A DNA stretch of 60,991 nucleotides, counting the filler. It is 5 parts of 5 records of this genome, joined end to end, with 100 filler letters (N's around TTAATTAATTAA, not from the genome) between each part and the next. Parts side by side here need not be neighbours in the genome. Positions count along the whole stretch, not along the records: positions 15,915 to 40,999 come from SRR31147125_2217; positions 41,100 to 47,705 come from SRR31147125_2230; 3 more parts are not named here. One strand, 5' to 3'. Below the pieces are notes generated by a model that made no database searches, was not told where the DNA came from, and was given only the letters and a program-made list of their open reading frames with translations. The translations under genes and the position numbers were made by a program. Below are positions 30,745 through 41,988 of this stretch, one piece after another. Position 1 is the stretch's first letter. Each line of letters begins with the position of its first letter.

Positions 30745-32273
30745 TCAACAGTATACTTTTGATGAATCAAGGTGTCTTTCAAGCTCTTTATGCGAACTAA
30801 TAGTTATTATATTGATATCCTCAATGTGAAAAACATCAATTCCTTTTATATAGCATCTTTTATCAACATTTTCATCCAAGTATTTATTTCCATTGTCTAT
30901 TTTTTTTGAAATATATCCTAAAACATCAGGATGAACTTCAATTAAAAATTCATGAGATTCTTTACCTATAATATAGCTTTCAATTCTTCTTTTTACATTA
31001 AGAGCCATACTTTCTAACGAATATACATAGCCAGAGCCATGGCAATAAGGACATGGCATTTTAACAAGACTGCTGAGTTTTCTTCTCACCTTTTTCTTGT
31101 CATCTCTACTAAGCCAAGCTCAGTAATACCAAGCACATTTGTTTTAGTCCTATCAGTCTTCAAAGCTTCGTTAAGCTCTTCAATTATTTTTTCTTTATTA
31201 GCAATAATATCCATATCTATAAAGTCAATAATAATAATACCACTAATATCTCTAAGCCTTAATTGCCTAGAAATCTCATGCGCAGCCTCAACATTGGTTT
31301 TTAATATAGTTTCTTGAAAATCATTTGTGCCTACGTATTTTCCTGTATTAACGTCAATAACGGTTAAGGCTTCGTCTTCATCAATAATCAAATATCCGCC
31401 ACTCTTTAGCCAAACCTTATTTGATAATGCTTTTTCTATCTTTGAATTTAAATCATAATGGTCAAATATATTTTCTTCAGCGTCATAAAGCTTTATTTTA
31501 TTTTTCATACTTGGAGCAACAATTTGCGAAACAGCGATAACTCTTTGATGCACATCATTATTGTTAATGATAAACTCATCAACGCTCGAAATAAACATAT
31601 CCCTTACTGTTCTAAAAACCAAAGATTCTTCCGCATGTATAAGCCTTGGTGCCGATATAAAATCAACTTTATTCATTAACCTTTCGTAAAGGCGCGTTAA
31701 AAAATTGATCTCATTTTTAAAATCTTCTTCCGTCTTACCCTCTGCAACAGTTCTAACAATCAAACCCATGTTTTTAGGTTTAATATGCTCCAATATGTTT
31801 TTAAGCCTTTCACGCTCATTTTCATCATCAATTTTTCTTGATACACCAATATGATTAACAGTAGGCATAAGTACCAAGCTTCTTGCAGGTAGAGTGATGT
31901 GCGTAGTAACTCTTGCACCTTTAGTACCACCAGGTTGCTTTAAAACTTGAACAACAATTTCCTGTCCAACTTTTAATATATCCTTTATATTGGGTATTTC
32001 AACTTTCTGATCGCCTTCTTCACCTTCAAATCCAAGGTCGGCTTTATCAACCAAAATATCGCCAGCATAAAGAAACGCATTTCTATTAAGTCCAATATCA
32101 ATAAAAGCTGCTTGCATTCCAGGAAGAATATTCTCTACTCGACCTTTGTATATGTTACCCACCAAGCGCTCTCTTCCTCTTCGCTCAACTTGAATTTCAA
32201 CCAGTTGATTGTTCTCAAGCAAAGCAATGCGAGCCTCAAAATCATTGACGTCCGCAATAATACACTTATTCAT
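30745..32273 (-). CDS. rng: Ribonuclease E/G family (frameshift near 31090)
   Basis: GNIYKGRV, IDVNTG, RLRDISGIIIIDFIDM, GLVEMTRKR, then CPYCHGSG in the second ORF. Confidence 0.93.
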
Positions 32274-32326
32274 GTGTAAACTCCTATAGAATTTTAAAAT
32301 TATTTAAACACTTTATGAGTTTGCAT

Positions 32327-33004
32327 TTATTTTGCAAGCACACTAAGTGGAAATATCCTGTCAGAAATAACAGTATATAGATTTTCTCTTATTATAGTAT
32401 ACTGATAATGGTATCCTTCTACAAGCATTAAATTTTCTAAAAGCAATTTCGGATCCAATGTGCCCTTTTCTTGTGCACTAAACAAAGCAAAAATTAATCT
32501 TTTTTCTCTATCTAAGAAGAACTTATTTATCAAAGGTCTTGCATCAAAAGTCCTTAATCCTTTTTTCGTTTTCTTTTCAAGCTCCAACGTATCTTTTGCC
32601 AATACGTTTTTAATAGAATCTTCTATCTTATCCAAATCAGCTGTTTCATCTAAATGTATTTTATAACCAGCATAACACACGCTCGCCATCAATTTTTTTG
32701 AACCTTGCTTTTTCTCCCCCACCCAATTCACTTCAATTCCATCAACAAAAGCATCTTTAAGACACTTTTCTGCCTCTAAAACATCAACATCATCATTAAC
32801 TTCAACTTCCATATATTCATTTTCGCTTATAAGCCCAACTTTTAAGGCAAATGCAAAGCTCATTTGGATATGCGGGTTATACCCAGAAGAATACACAACA
32901 TCTAATCTGCTTCTTCTTAAAGCTCTATCGACGGTTCTTTGTAAGTCTAGATGCGATATATACTTAGCTTTATCTTTCTTTTTAAAACAAATAATCAATT
33001 TCAT
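32327..33004 (-). CDS. Radical SAM-associated protein (TIGR03936/DUF2344-like)
   Basis: YISHLDLQR..RALRRS...YSSGYNPH; typical position downstream of the radical SAM gene. Confidence 0.88.
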   Translation of the reverse strand: MKLIICFKKKDKAKYISHLDLQRTVDRALRRSRLDVVYSSGYNPHIQMSFAFALKVGLISENEYMEVEVNDDVDVLEAEKCLKDAFVDGIEVNWVGEKKQGSKKLMASVCYAGYKIHLDETADLDKIEDSIKNVLAKDTLELEKKTKKGLRTFDARPLINKFFLDREKRLIFALFSAQEKGTLDPKLLLENLMLVEGYHYQYTIIRENLYTVISDRIFPLSVLAK

Positions 33005-34845
33005 AAGCTAGCACACACCTTCTCTAACCCACAATTATTGCATGTTTCTCTACAATCAGGCGTTAAAACAATATCGTTTGCCTTTTCCAGCTCTTCAATC
33101 AGATATTCTTTCGATACTCCAATATCAATATGGTCCCAACTTAAGTTTTGACCTTTATCCAAATCTCTATTCGCATAATACTTAGGATCAATACCAAGCT
33201 CATTAAATGCATCCATATAATTATTAATATCAAAATACTCATGCCAACTATCAAACTTAGCACCGTTTTCACATGCTTTTAAAATTACTTTAGAAAGTCT
33301 TCTATCACCTCTTGCAAAAACAGCTTCTAAAAAGCTTAAATTCGCATCATGATAATTAAACCTAACACCTTTCATTTTTAATCTGTCTTTAAGGTAAAAT
33401 TGCTTTTCTTTTAAGCTTTCGATATCGTCCTGCGCTATCCATTGGAATGGAGTAAATGGTTTTGGAACAAAGTTTGAAGCGCTGACTGTTAAAGCTAGCT
33501 TTCTTCTATTGTTCTTACCTGCAATACCATATATACTTTTTATCTCTTTAACCAAATCGACAATTCCATCTAAATCTTCATATGTTTCAAATGGTAAACC
33601 AATCATAAAATACAACTTAACAGACGTGTACCCTTTTTCAAAAATCTGTTCCATAGTACTAAACAAATCTTGTTCAGTTACATTTTTATTTATAATATCC
33701 CTCATTCGCTGCGTACCAGCTTCTGGCGCAAAGGTAAGCCCCGATTTTCTAACACTATCCAATTTTTTTGCGTAGGCTTCAAATATCGTATCTAGCCTTA
33801 ATGACGGTAAAGATACAGAAACTCTCTTATCATCAAATTCATCTGAAAGCCCATCTATTAAATTGTTAATATCAGAATAATCACTAGTACTCAGTGAACA
33901 AAGCGACACTTCATCATAGCCTGTGTTGTTTTCAATAGTTTTTGCTTGTTTTATCAAAGTACTGCTTGTTTTTTCTCTTACTGGTCTATAAGTAAATCCT
34001 GCCTGACAAAACCTACATCCTCTTGTACATCCGCGAAACACCTCAAGCGTTATTCTGTCGTGAACCACCCCTAAAAAAGGGACAATTGGTTTTTCTGGGA
34101 AATATGATTTATCAAAATCCTTAACAATAGTTTTTTTTATCTTGTCCTTCGCATCTGGGTTTATCTTTACAAGCCTTAGCCCTTCATCTGTATCCTCTTG
34201 CTTATAAAATGAAGGAACATAAACCCCATCAAGCTTGTCCGCTTCACACAACAAGTTATACTTATCGTATCCTTTTGCTTTTTTTTGCTTTATAAGCTCA
34301 ATAAATTCGTTTAAAACATCTTCGCCTTCGCCAATAAAAATCACATCAAAAAAATCAGCGATTGGCTCAGGATTATAAATTGCAGAACCTCCAGCAACAA
34401 TTATTGGGTCATCTTCTTTTCGTCTATTTGCAACAGGGTCTAACCCAGCTAATTTAAGCGCTCCAATTATATTCGAATAACACATCTCATAAGATATATT
34501 AAACCCAACAATATCAAATTCGTCCAAAGTACTATGAGTCTCTAAAGAAAATAGCTTTACATCGTTTTCTATCATCTTTTGCTGCATATCCGGCCACGGA
34601 GAAAACACACGCTCAACATACGTATCAGTTCTTAAATTAAGCAAATTATAAATAATGCCAAGCCCCAAATATGACATACCTATCTCATAAACATCAGGAA
34701 AGCAAAATGCAAATCTCACATCTACACTTTTTTCATCCTTTTTCACCATATTATATTCGCCACCACTATATCTAGCTGGCTTTTCTACTTCAAGTAAAAA
34801 CTCTTCTATTCTATCAAAAACTTTCAAATCTACTCCTAAATACAT
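33001..34845 (-). CDS. B12-binding radical SAM protein (TIGR03960-like)
   Basis: KPARYSGGE, FPDVYEIGMS, RGCTRGCRFCQAG, FVPKPFTPFQW. Confidence 0.9.
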   Translation of the reverse strand: MYLGVDLKVFDRIEEFLLEVEKPARYSGGEYNMVKKDEKSVDVRFAFCFPDVYEIGMSYLGLGIIYNLLNLRTDTYVERVFSPWPDMQQKMIENDVKLFSLETHSTLDEFDIVGFNISYEMCYSNIIGALKLAGLDPVANRRKEDDPIIVAGGSAIYNPEPIADFFDVIFIGEGEDVLNEFIELIKQKKAKGYDKYNLLCEADKLDGVYVPSFYKQEDTDEGLRLVKINPDAKDKIKKTIVKDFDKSYFPEKPIVPFLGVVHDRITLEVFRGCTRGCRFCQAGFTYRPVREKTSSTLIKQAKTIENNTGYDEVSLCSLSTSDYSDINNLIDGLSDEFDDKRVSVSLPSLRLDTIFEAYAKKLDSVRKSGLTFAPEAGTQRMRDIINKNVTEQDLFSTMEQIFEKGYTSVKLYFMIGLPFETYEDLDGIVDLVKEIKSIYGIAGKNNRRKLALTVSASNFVPKPFTPFQWIAQDDIESLKEKQFYLKDRLKMKGVRFNYHDANLSFLEAVFARGDRRLSKVILKACENGAKFDSWHEYFDINNYMDAFNELGIDPKYYANRDLDKGQNLSWDHIDIGVSKEYLIEELEKANDIVLTPDCRETCNNCGLEKVCASL

Positions 34846-34941
34846 TTAATCATTATACAAGGTTACCATCTTTATCATACTAGGTCAACATTGTAGATCC
34901 TTTTTTCACAATCTAAATTATATTTGATTTTTTATGCATCA

Positions 34942-35819
34942 TTACTTATGCATAATAATTGTATTTGCAGTTACATTATTACCATAATTCATTATCGCAT
35001 TTATTATTTCGCGTTCGTTTAATTCGCCTAGTATTTTCATATCGTCATCAACAACAGTAGCAATATTATATTTTCCTGTTTCAAACTCCTTTATTGCAAG
35101 CCCAATCATACTATTTTTGTGTATTGCTACTCTTTTAACATTAACAGCTTTTCTTTTAGTGATATCATTATCGACAAGTGACATTATTATGTTATATCCC
35201 TTGCTCTTAAAATCGTTTAATCCACCAATAAATATAAACAACCCAAAAATATAAAGCCCAACTACAAACTGACTTTTAAAAGAAAGAATAATACCAAAAA
35301 GCAAAATTGCTGATCCAAAAACCATCCCTGCAATTGAAACAAAAGCATTTGCAGTAGACCGTTTTAAATAATTAGATAATAATGCCAACATTATTCTTCC
35401 GCCATCAAGAGGAAGCACAGGAAAAAGGTTGATTGCGGCAAGAAGCAAATTTATTTCTATCGCTTTACTCATATATAAAAAAGCATCACAATATTTGTTA
35501 AAAAAAGAATCGCACTTGCAGCTAAAATATTCATTACAGGACCAAATAAAGCAATTATGATATCCTGTATATATGTTATTCCGCCAATGCCCCTAAACTT
35601 TTGCGTACATCCAAACGGAAGAATATACACTTCCTCTAATTTAATACCATATCCGTTGGCGGCAACAATGTGTCCTAGTTCATGTATTATAATAGAACAG
35701 AAATAGATAGAAAAATCTTTAATATAGCCCAAAACACCAAACACAATCAAAACTGCAACAAATAAAAAATCAAACTTTACTCTTCCACCAAAAAAGCTAA
35801 ATGTAAAAAGTTTCTTCAT
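34942..35819 (-). CDS. M50 metalloprotease, SpoIVFB-like (frameshift near 35475)
   Basis: HELGH in ORF 35469-35819 and NLFPVLPLDGG in ORF 34942-35472. Confidence 0.85.
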
Positions 35820-36442
35820 CTTAAAATTAAGTCTTTTAAAAACTCATCAGGGTTTAAGTACTCATCTTCGTACATTATATTAACTTGTAAGTATTTTTGT
35901 TGAAGGTAACCAACAGCCTGCCCAGATAAAACCTCATCACCTACAAATGCTGTAGGCAAAAGACCTTTGTAAATAGACTTTATACCGCTATCATGTACTA
36001 TTATGATTTCATTTTCAGATTTTTCTTCAACAACGCCAGAAAAAGTAGCAAACACAGGCTCGTTTTGCTTGCCTAAAATCATCAAAGTTTTCTGCTCAAA
36101 CCCCATATCATTTGAAGTTGCTTCTATCGGCAATGTAATTCCTTCATTATATACTTCCTTTGTCTGCTTAGATACGAATTTTAACCTACCTAGATCTTCG
36201 TCAATCTCAACATCTCCGTTTATCACATAGTTTACACTAGAGATGACCTTGTTTGAAAAAGGTGTATCAACAGCCTTAAACGTTAAAACTAAAGCCAAAA
36301 TCAATGCACATACCCCAATTTGAGTATATGTTTTTTTAATATTAATTTTTTTATTAAACCAAAAAATCAAACCACTCAAGTTCTTATGCTTTCTTTTTTT
36401 TACATTGGTAAAGCCACTATGATTCATCCTATTATCGTCCAT
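35816..36442 (-). CDS. M23/SpoIVFA-like protein
   Basis: N-terminal TM segment, degenerate LytM fold (VGDEVLSGQAVG...YLNP), upstream of the spoIVFB-like gene. Confidence 0.65.
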   Translation of the reverse strand: MDDNRMNHSGFTNVKKRKHKNLSGLIFWFNKKINIKKTYTQIGVCALILALVLTFKAVDTPFSNKVISSVNYVINGDVEIDEDLGRLKFVSKQTKEVYNEGITLPIEATSNDMGFEQKTLMILGKQNEPVFATFSGVVEEKSENEIIIVHDSGIKSIYKGLLPTAFVGDEVLSGQAVGYLQQKYLQVNIMYEDEYLNPDEFLKDLILR

Positions 36443-36524
36443 AAATTGCCTCTCAAAAAAATAGTTAGAGAAATAATCCTCTAACTAAATATATTTTTGA
36501 TTACAAGCTATTATTCTAAATAAC

Positions 36525-37025
36525 TTATGCTTTTTCTGGATCAACAACCTCTTCATCCACAAAAGTCATTTTTTCAATAATTTGATCTTCTGTTGGTCTA
36601 TCACTAAATCCAACTTGTGTTTCGGCAATCTCGTCAACTGCATCCATACCAGAAACAACTTTGCCAAACGCAGCATATTGTCCATCTAGATGCGGTGAAT
36701 CCTTATGCATAATAAAAAACTGTGATCCAGCAGAATCCATGTCCATTGACCTTGCCATGGATAAAACTCCCCTATCATGTTTCAAGTCATTTTTAAATCC
36801 ATTTGAAGAAAACTCACCTTTAATGCTGTACCCAGGACCACCAGTGCCCATTCCATCAGGGCATCCACCTTGTATCATAAAGCCTTTAATAACTCTATGA
36901 AATATAAGCCCATCATAAAATCCTTTTGAAACTAAAGAAACAAAGTTTGCAACAGAATTAGGTGCAACATCTTTGTATAGCTCTATTTCTATTTTTTTGC
37001 CATTTTTTAAATGTATTGTTACCAT
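36525..37025 (-). CDS. Cyclophilin-type peptidyl-prolyl isomerase
   Basis: FHRVIKGFMIQGG, SAGSQFFI, HLDGQYAAFG. Confidence 0.95.
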   Translation of the reverse strand: MVTIHLKNGKKIEIELYKDVAPNSVANFVSLVSKGFYDGLIFHRVIKGFMIQGGCPDGMGTGGPGYSIKGEFSSNGFKNDLKHDRGVLSMARSMDMDSAGSQFFIMHKDSPHLDGQYAAFGKVVSGMDAVDEIAETQVGFSDRPTEDQIIEKMTFVDEEVVDPEKA

Positions 37026-37246
37026 AAGTATTACTCCTTATTTATCAATTAATATTCATTTTTAGCATTATAGCACAGATAACAAATATTTGTACTTTAT
37101 TATTTGCATATATTATTATATAATTGTAAATATTGATTTAAGATTATAGTCATGACTAATTCTGTCTTTCTCATTTTTATTTTATTCGGACCGATTTAGT
37201 GATAACTATTCTCTAAAATTTTTAACCAAATTTTAAGGAGAATTTT

Positions 37247-38131
37247 ATGTTTAATCTAATTATAAGTGTGGATTCCACCACGCCTATTACTGAAAAACAA
37301 AAAAAAGATTATGGAATTATTGTCACGCCATTACACTATACTATTGACGGCGAAGAAAGACTGGATCAATATGATAGTGATCAGGAAAAAATATCACTAT
37401 ACCAAAAATTAAAAGAAGGTTCTAAGGCAAAATCTTCAAAAATTGCTCCTTTTGATTTTATAAGCAATTGGAAACCACTTTTACGAAGCGGAAAAGATAT
37501 ACTTCATATTTCTTTATCTAGCAATGTAAGCGGATGTTTTGATAGTGCAAACCTTGCAAAAAATGATCTTGTTAAAACTTTCCCGCAAAGAAGGATAGAA
37601 ATTATCAATTCACTGACTGGCTGCTTTGGCATTACCAGAATGGCACTAGAGTGTAGAGAACTTGAAAAACAAGGTAAAACTTTAGATGAAATCATTTTGG
37701 CTATAGAAGAAACAATTCAAAATCACAACTTAATATTTACCGTAGATGATATTGGTCATTTACATAGAGGCGGCCGAATAGGTCATGCAAAGGCAATTTT
37801 GGGCAGCGCACTAAATTTAAAACCAATTCTTTATGCTTCACCTGATGGAAGAATAAACCTTTTAGGCAGTGCAAGAGGAAGAAGAAAATCTTTTAGTTTT
37901 TTGCTGGATACGCTTCAAAAGACGATGACAGAAAAAACAACTTGGCTTAGCATTGCTCATGGCGGCGACGAGACGATTGCACAAAGCTTTAAGGAAAAAG
38001 TTATTGCCAAATTTGAAAATATTAAAACAATAAATATCGGTATCATGTCACCAGTATTAGGGTTGCATTCTGGTCCTGGTTCTCTTGCTATTTCGTATTT
38101 TGGCAAAGAGAGACAATGTGTTTTGCTATAG
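37247..38131 (+). CDS. DegV/FakB fatty-acid binding protein
   Basis: DST, SLSSNVSG, LHRGGRI, LKPIL, HSGPG. Confidence 0.92.
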   Translation: MFNLIISVDSTTPITEKQKKDYGIIVTPLHYTIDGEERLDQYDSDQEKISLYQKLKEGSKAKSSKIAPFDFISNWKPLLRSGKDILHISLSSNVSGCFDSANLAKNDLVKTFPQRRIEIINSLTGCFGITRMALECRELEKQGKTLDEIILAIEETIQNHNLIFTVDDIGHLHRGGRIGHAKAILGSALNLKPILYASPDGRINLLGSARGRRKSFSFLLDTLQKTMTEKTTWLSIAHGGDETIAQSFKEKVIAKFENIKTINIGIMSPVLGLHSGPGSLAISYFGKERQCVLL

Positions 38132-38208
38132 ATGTATAAAAAAGTGTTCTTTTATATAAATTAATACTTGCATAATGTCTTGTATTATGATAATATTCAT
38201 TTAATAAT

Positions 38209-38317
38209 TTGACAATGAGGTCAAGACAACGTTGTATTTTCTTGTCCTTTTTATTTTTTTGACGATGAAGTCTTACAAGTTTTGTGCATACGCGCATAAT
38301 TTTGTAGGACTTTTTTT
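38209..38317 (+). promoter_or_regulatory. ANTAR-type dual hexaloop hairpins overlapping an intrinsic terminator (amtB-glnA leader)
   Basis: TTGAC-AATGAG-GTCAA (38209-24), GAC-GATGAA-GTC (38261-72), terminator AGTCTTACAA...TTGTAGGACT-TTTTTT (38269-38317). Confidence 0.7.
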
Positions 38318-38343
38318 ATATTATATTTAGAGGAGATTTTTAA

Positions 38344-39567
38344 ATGGAGATTGCATTAAATAATGTATGGATTATTTTTTCAGCAGCGTTGGTTTTCTTA
38401 ATGCACGCTGGTTTTGCTTGCGTAGAAGCGGGATTTACTCAAGCTAAAAACACTGCCAATATTATCATGAAAAACTTCATGACAATTGCTATTGGCTCTA
38501 TAACATACTACATCATCGGATACTCATTGATGTACGGTAGTGATGTTTTAGGTATAGTTGGCTTACCTCAGCTATTCTTTATTCCAGCAGCTACGGCAGC
38601 CGATACATATGACCCATATGTATATTGGTTCTTCCAAGCTGTTTTTGCAGCTACATGTGCTACAATAGTTTCTGGAGCAGTTGCAGAAAGAACAAAGTTT
38701 GGCGTATATTTAGTTTTCTGCCTAGTTATGTGTTCTGTAATTTACCCAATCACAGGTCACTGGATCTGGGGTGGCGGATGGCTTGCAGGTCTTGGTTTTC
38801 ATGATTTTGCTGGTTCAACTGCTGTACATGCTATTGGTGGTTTTTCGGCACTAATTGGTGCTAAAATGGTTGGCGCAAGAGCTGGTAAGTACCCTAACAG
38901 AGGTAAAGTACAAATGATTCCTGCATCAAGTATTCCTCTTGGAGCACTTGGCGTATTGTTACTATGGTTTGGATGGTTTGGCTTTAACTGTGGATCTACT
39001 GTAGATGCTACTGGTGATCTTGGTCTAATTGCTGTAAATACAATTTTGGCTGGTGCAACTGGTGCTATGGCTGCAATGTTCTTTAGCTCATTTAAAAATG
39101 GAAAGCCAGATGTTGGGTTAACACTAAACGGATGCCTTGCTGGTCTTGTAGGTATAACTGCTGGGTGTGATATCGTTACACCTGAAAGCGCATTGCTTAT
39201 AGGTATAATTGCAGGTATTGTAATGGTATTAAGCGTTGAGTTTTTTGACCTAAGAGCAAAGATAGACGATCCTGTTGGAGCTATCAGTGTTCACGGAGCT
39301 TGTGGTGCTCTTGGTACAATCTTAGTTGGTCTTTTTGCTACTGAAGGCGGATTATTTTATGGCGGCGGATGGAACTTACTTGGAATTCAAGTTCTTGGAG
39401 TTTTGGCATGTGGTTTATTTGCAATGTTAATAAGCTTAATATACTTTGCAGTAGCTAAAAAATCTGTTGGTTTAAGAGTTCACAGATCAGAAGAGATTGA
39501 AGGACTTGATACTTCGGAACATGGAATCTCTGCTTACACTATGGGATTCTTTGACACAATGAAATAA
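38344..39567 (+). CDS. amtB: Ammonium transporter
   Basis: SGAVAER, HWIWGGGWL, DFAGSTAVH, WFGWFGFN, DDPVGAISVHG. Confidence 0.96.
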   Translation: MEIALNNVWIIFSAALVFLMHAGFACVEAGFTQAKNTANIIMKNFMTIAIGSITYYIIGYSLMYGSDVLGIVGLPQLFFIPAATAADTYDPYVYWFFQAVFAATCATIVSGAVAERTKFGVYLVFCLVMCSVIYPITGHWIWGGGWLAGLGFHDFAGSTAVHAIGGFSALIGAKMVGARAGKYPNRGKVQMIPASSIPLGALGVLLLWFGWFGFNCGSTVDATGDLGLIAVNTILAGATGAMAAMFFSSFKNGKPDVGLTLNGCLAGLVGITAGCDIVTPESALLIGIIAGIVMVLSVEFFDLRAKIDDPVGAISVHGACGALGTILVGLFATEGGLFYGGGWNLLGIQVLGVLACGLFAMLISLIYFAVAKKSVGLRVHRSEEIEGLDTSEHGISAYTMGFFDTMK

Positions 39568-39661
39568 TAATTGTACTATATCAGTATTAAACAATCATAT
39601 TAACAAGGTTGGTTGTATGATTTTAATAAAATAAATAATAATATTAACAAAGGAGAACAAA

Positions 39662-40995
39662 ATGACAAAGAAGTTCACAAACAAAGATGTATTAAAAATG
39701 GTTGAAGAAAACGACGTAAAGTTTATCAGATTGCAATTCACTGACGTTTTCGGAATACTAAAGAATGTTGCTATTACAGCAAAACAATTACCAGGCGTAT
39801 TAGAAAATGGTTCTATGTTTGATGGATCATCAATCGATGGTTTTGCAAGAATCCAAGAATCAGATATGTATCTAATGCCTGATACAGACACATTTGAAAT
39901 ATTCCCATGGAGACCTCAACAAGGTAAGGTTGCAAGACTTATCTGTGATGTTGTTACTACTGATGGAAACGCTTATGATGGTTGTCCTCGTGGAGTACTT
40001 AAAAAAGCTCTTAAAAAAGCAGCTGACCTTGGTTACACAATGAACGTTGGACCAGAAGCTGAATTCTTCTTGTTCCAAATGGATGACAACGGTGAACCAA
40101 CACTAGAAACTCATGATAACGGTGGATACTTTGATATGGCACCAGTTGACAAAGGTGAAGATGCTAGACGTGAAATCTGCCTAACATTAGAATCTATGGG
40201 ATTTGAAATAGAAGCTTCTCACCACGAAGTTGCTGAAGGTCAACATGAGATTGACTTTAAATATGATGAAGCTTTGAAAGTTGCTGATAATATCATGACT
40301 TTCAAAATGGTTGTTAAAACTATCGCTGCAAGACATGGTCTATTTGCTACATTTATGCCAAAACCAATCTTCGGTATCAACGGTTCTGGTATGCACTGTA
40401 ACCAATCACTAAGCACAAAAGACGGTAATGCGTTTGCTGATCCATCAGACGAATTAGGTTTGAGCCAAACTGCATACAGCTATATTACTGGACTACTTAA
40501 CAACGTTAAATCTATCGTTGCTGTTACTAACCCAACAGTTAACTCATATAAAAGATTAGTACCAGGTTACGAAGCTCCTTCATACTTAGCATGGTCAGCA
40601 TCAAACAGATCTGCTATCGTTAGAATCCCTGCTGCTCGTGGCGCAGGAACTCGTGTTGAGCTAAGATGTCCAGACCCAACAACAAACCCATACCTAGCAA
40701 TCGCTCTAATGCTTTCTGCTGGTCTTGAAGGTGTTGAAAAAGGTCTTAAGGCTCCAGCTCCTGTTAACGAAAATATCTTTGCTATGTCTGATGAAAAACT
40801 TAAAGATATGGGTATTGATTGTCTACCAGACAGCCTAAAAACAGCTATTGATGAGTTTGAAAGCAGTGATTTGGTTAAAAATGTACTTGGAGATCATATT
40901 TTTGAAGCTTATACAAGCTACAAGAAAAAGAGTGGGATGAGTTTAGAGTTGCTGTTCATCCTTGGGAAGTTGACAAGTATATTGCAACATACTAA
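39662..40995 (+). CDS. glnA: Glutamine synthetase type I (frameshift near 40925; true stop TAA at 40993-95)
   Basis: FDGSSI, HHEVAEGQHEI, FMPKP, GSGMH, YKRLVPGYEAP. End EWDEFRVAVHPWEVDKYIATY* lies in a shifted frame. Confidence 0.96.
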
Positions 40996-40999
40996 AAAA

Positions 41000-41099
41000 N
41001 NNNNNNNNNNNNNNNNNNNNNNNNNNNNNNNNNNNNNNNNNNNTTAATTAATTAANNNNNNNNNNNNNNNNNNNNNNNNNNNNNNNNNNNNNNNNNNNN
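41000..41099. other. Artificial contig linker
   Basis: 44 N + TTAATTAATTAA + 44 N. Confidence 0.98.
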
Positions 41100-41240
41100 G
41101 CCCAAATTTGGTATCTTAACTAAGAAAAACAACAATTTTCACTACACCTTATCAAAGGTCTTTGATCAATAATTTTTTTGAGTCTTGATAAATTGGTGAT
41201 ATAATAGATCGTGATTCGTAATATGCGAGGGAGTGATCTT

Positions 41241-41552
41241 ATGAGTGAAATGATTATAATGTTTTTCGCTGGATTGTTATTAGTTATGTTGGGTTTAAGG
41301 ATATGGAAAAAGCAACAGATTAATTTAATCCACAGCTACCATTATAAAAATGTTAGTACAGAAAACAAAGGGATTTACACAAAGAATATTGGAATTGGTT
41401 TAATCATTGCAGGTACCTCAACTAGTATAACTGGCTTAGTTGAGTATATTACAAAGTCGCCACTTTCTTGGCTAATCTTTGCAGTGTCTTTTGGTATTGG
41501 AATGGCTATTATGATAAGGGCTCAGTTCAAATACAACGGAAGTTTATTTTAA
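41241..41552 (+). CDS. Small membrane protein, DUF3784-like
   Basis: Three hydrophobic helices, NLIHSYHY, C-terminal KYNGSLF; GGGAG RBS. Confidence 0.7.
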   Translation: MSEMIIMFFAGLLLVMLGLRIWKKQQINLIHSYHYKNVSTENKGIYTKNIGIGLIIAGTSTSITGLVEYITKSPLSWLIFAVSFGIGMAIMIRAQFKYNGSLF

Positions 41553-41988
41553 ACATATAAAGAAGCTAAGCGAAATTCTCAATCCAATCGAGTTTTCGTT
41601 TAGCCTCTTGCCTATTAGCCAGCTTTCCTTCCGAAGGCAATTTCTCATTGGCTTCACACTCATCTACTAAAATTGATTTTTTTAACCTTTCACAAACCTG
41701 ATCGACCACTGTTATATTTCCTATTTTACTATTATCTTTCAATTTTTTTCTTCTTTGCTGAGGCTAAAATAAAACAGATTTATTCCATCAGCCACATAAT
41801 TTAAGAACTTTTATGTTATTTTATAATACATCTATTAAGTTTTGTGCAAGTATCACAGGCTTTATGGTAAAAGGAATTGCCTATTTAGAGCTAGTAATTT
41901 TTCGATTATTGACTTCATAAAAAATATATCGTATACTTAACCTAGCGAACAAGTCGATAAGTTGATAAAAAATAAAGGAGTGAATTAA

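Noticed and set aside
39570-39660. Second ANTAR site before glnA
   Set aside because: No convincing hexaloop stem pair; only a weak AT-rich hairpin.
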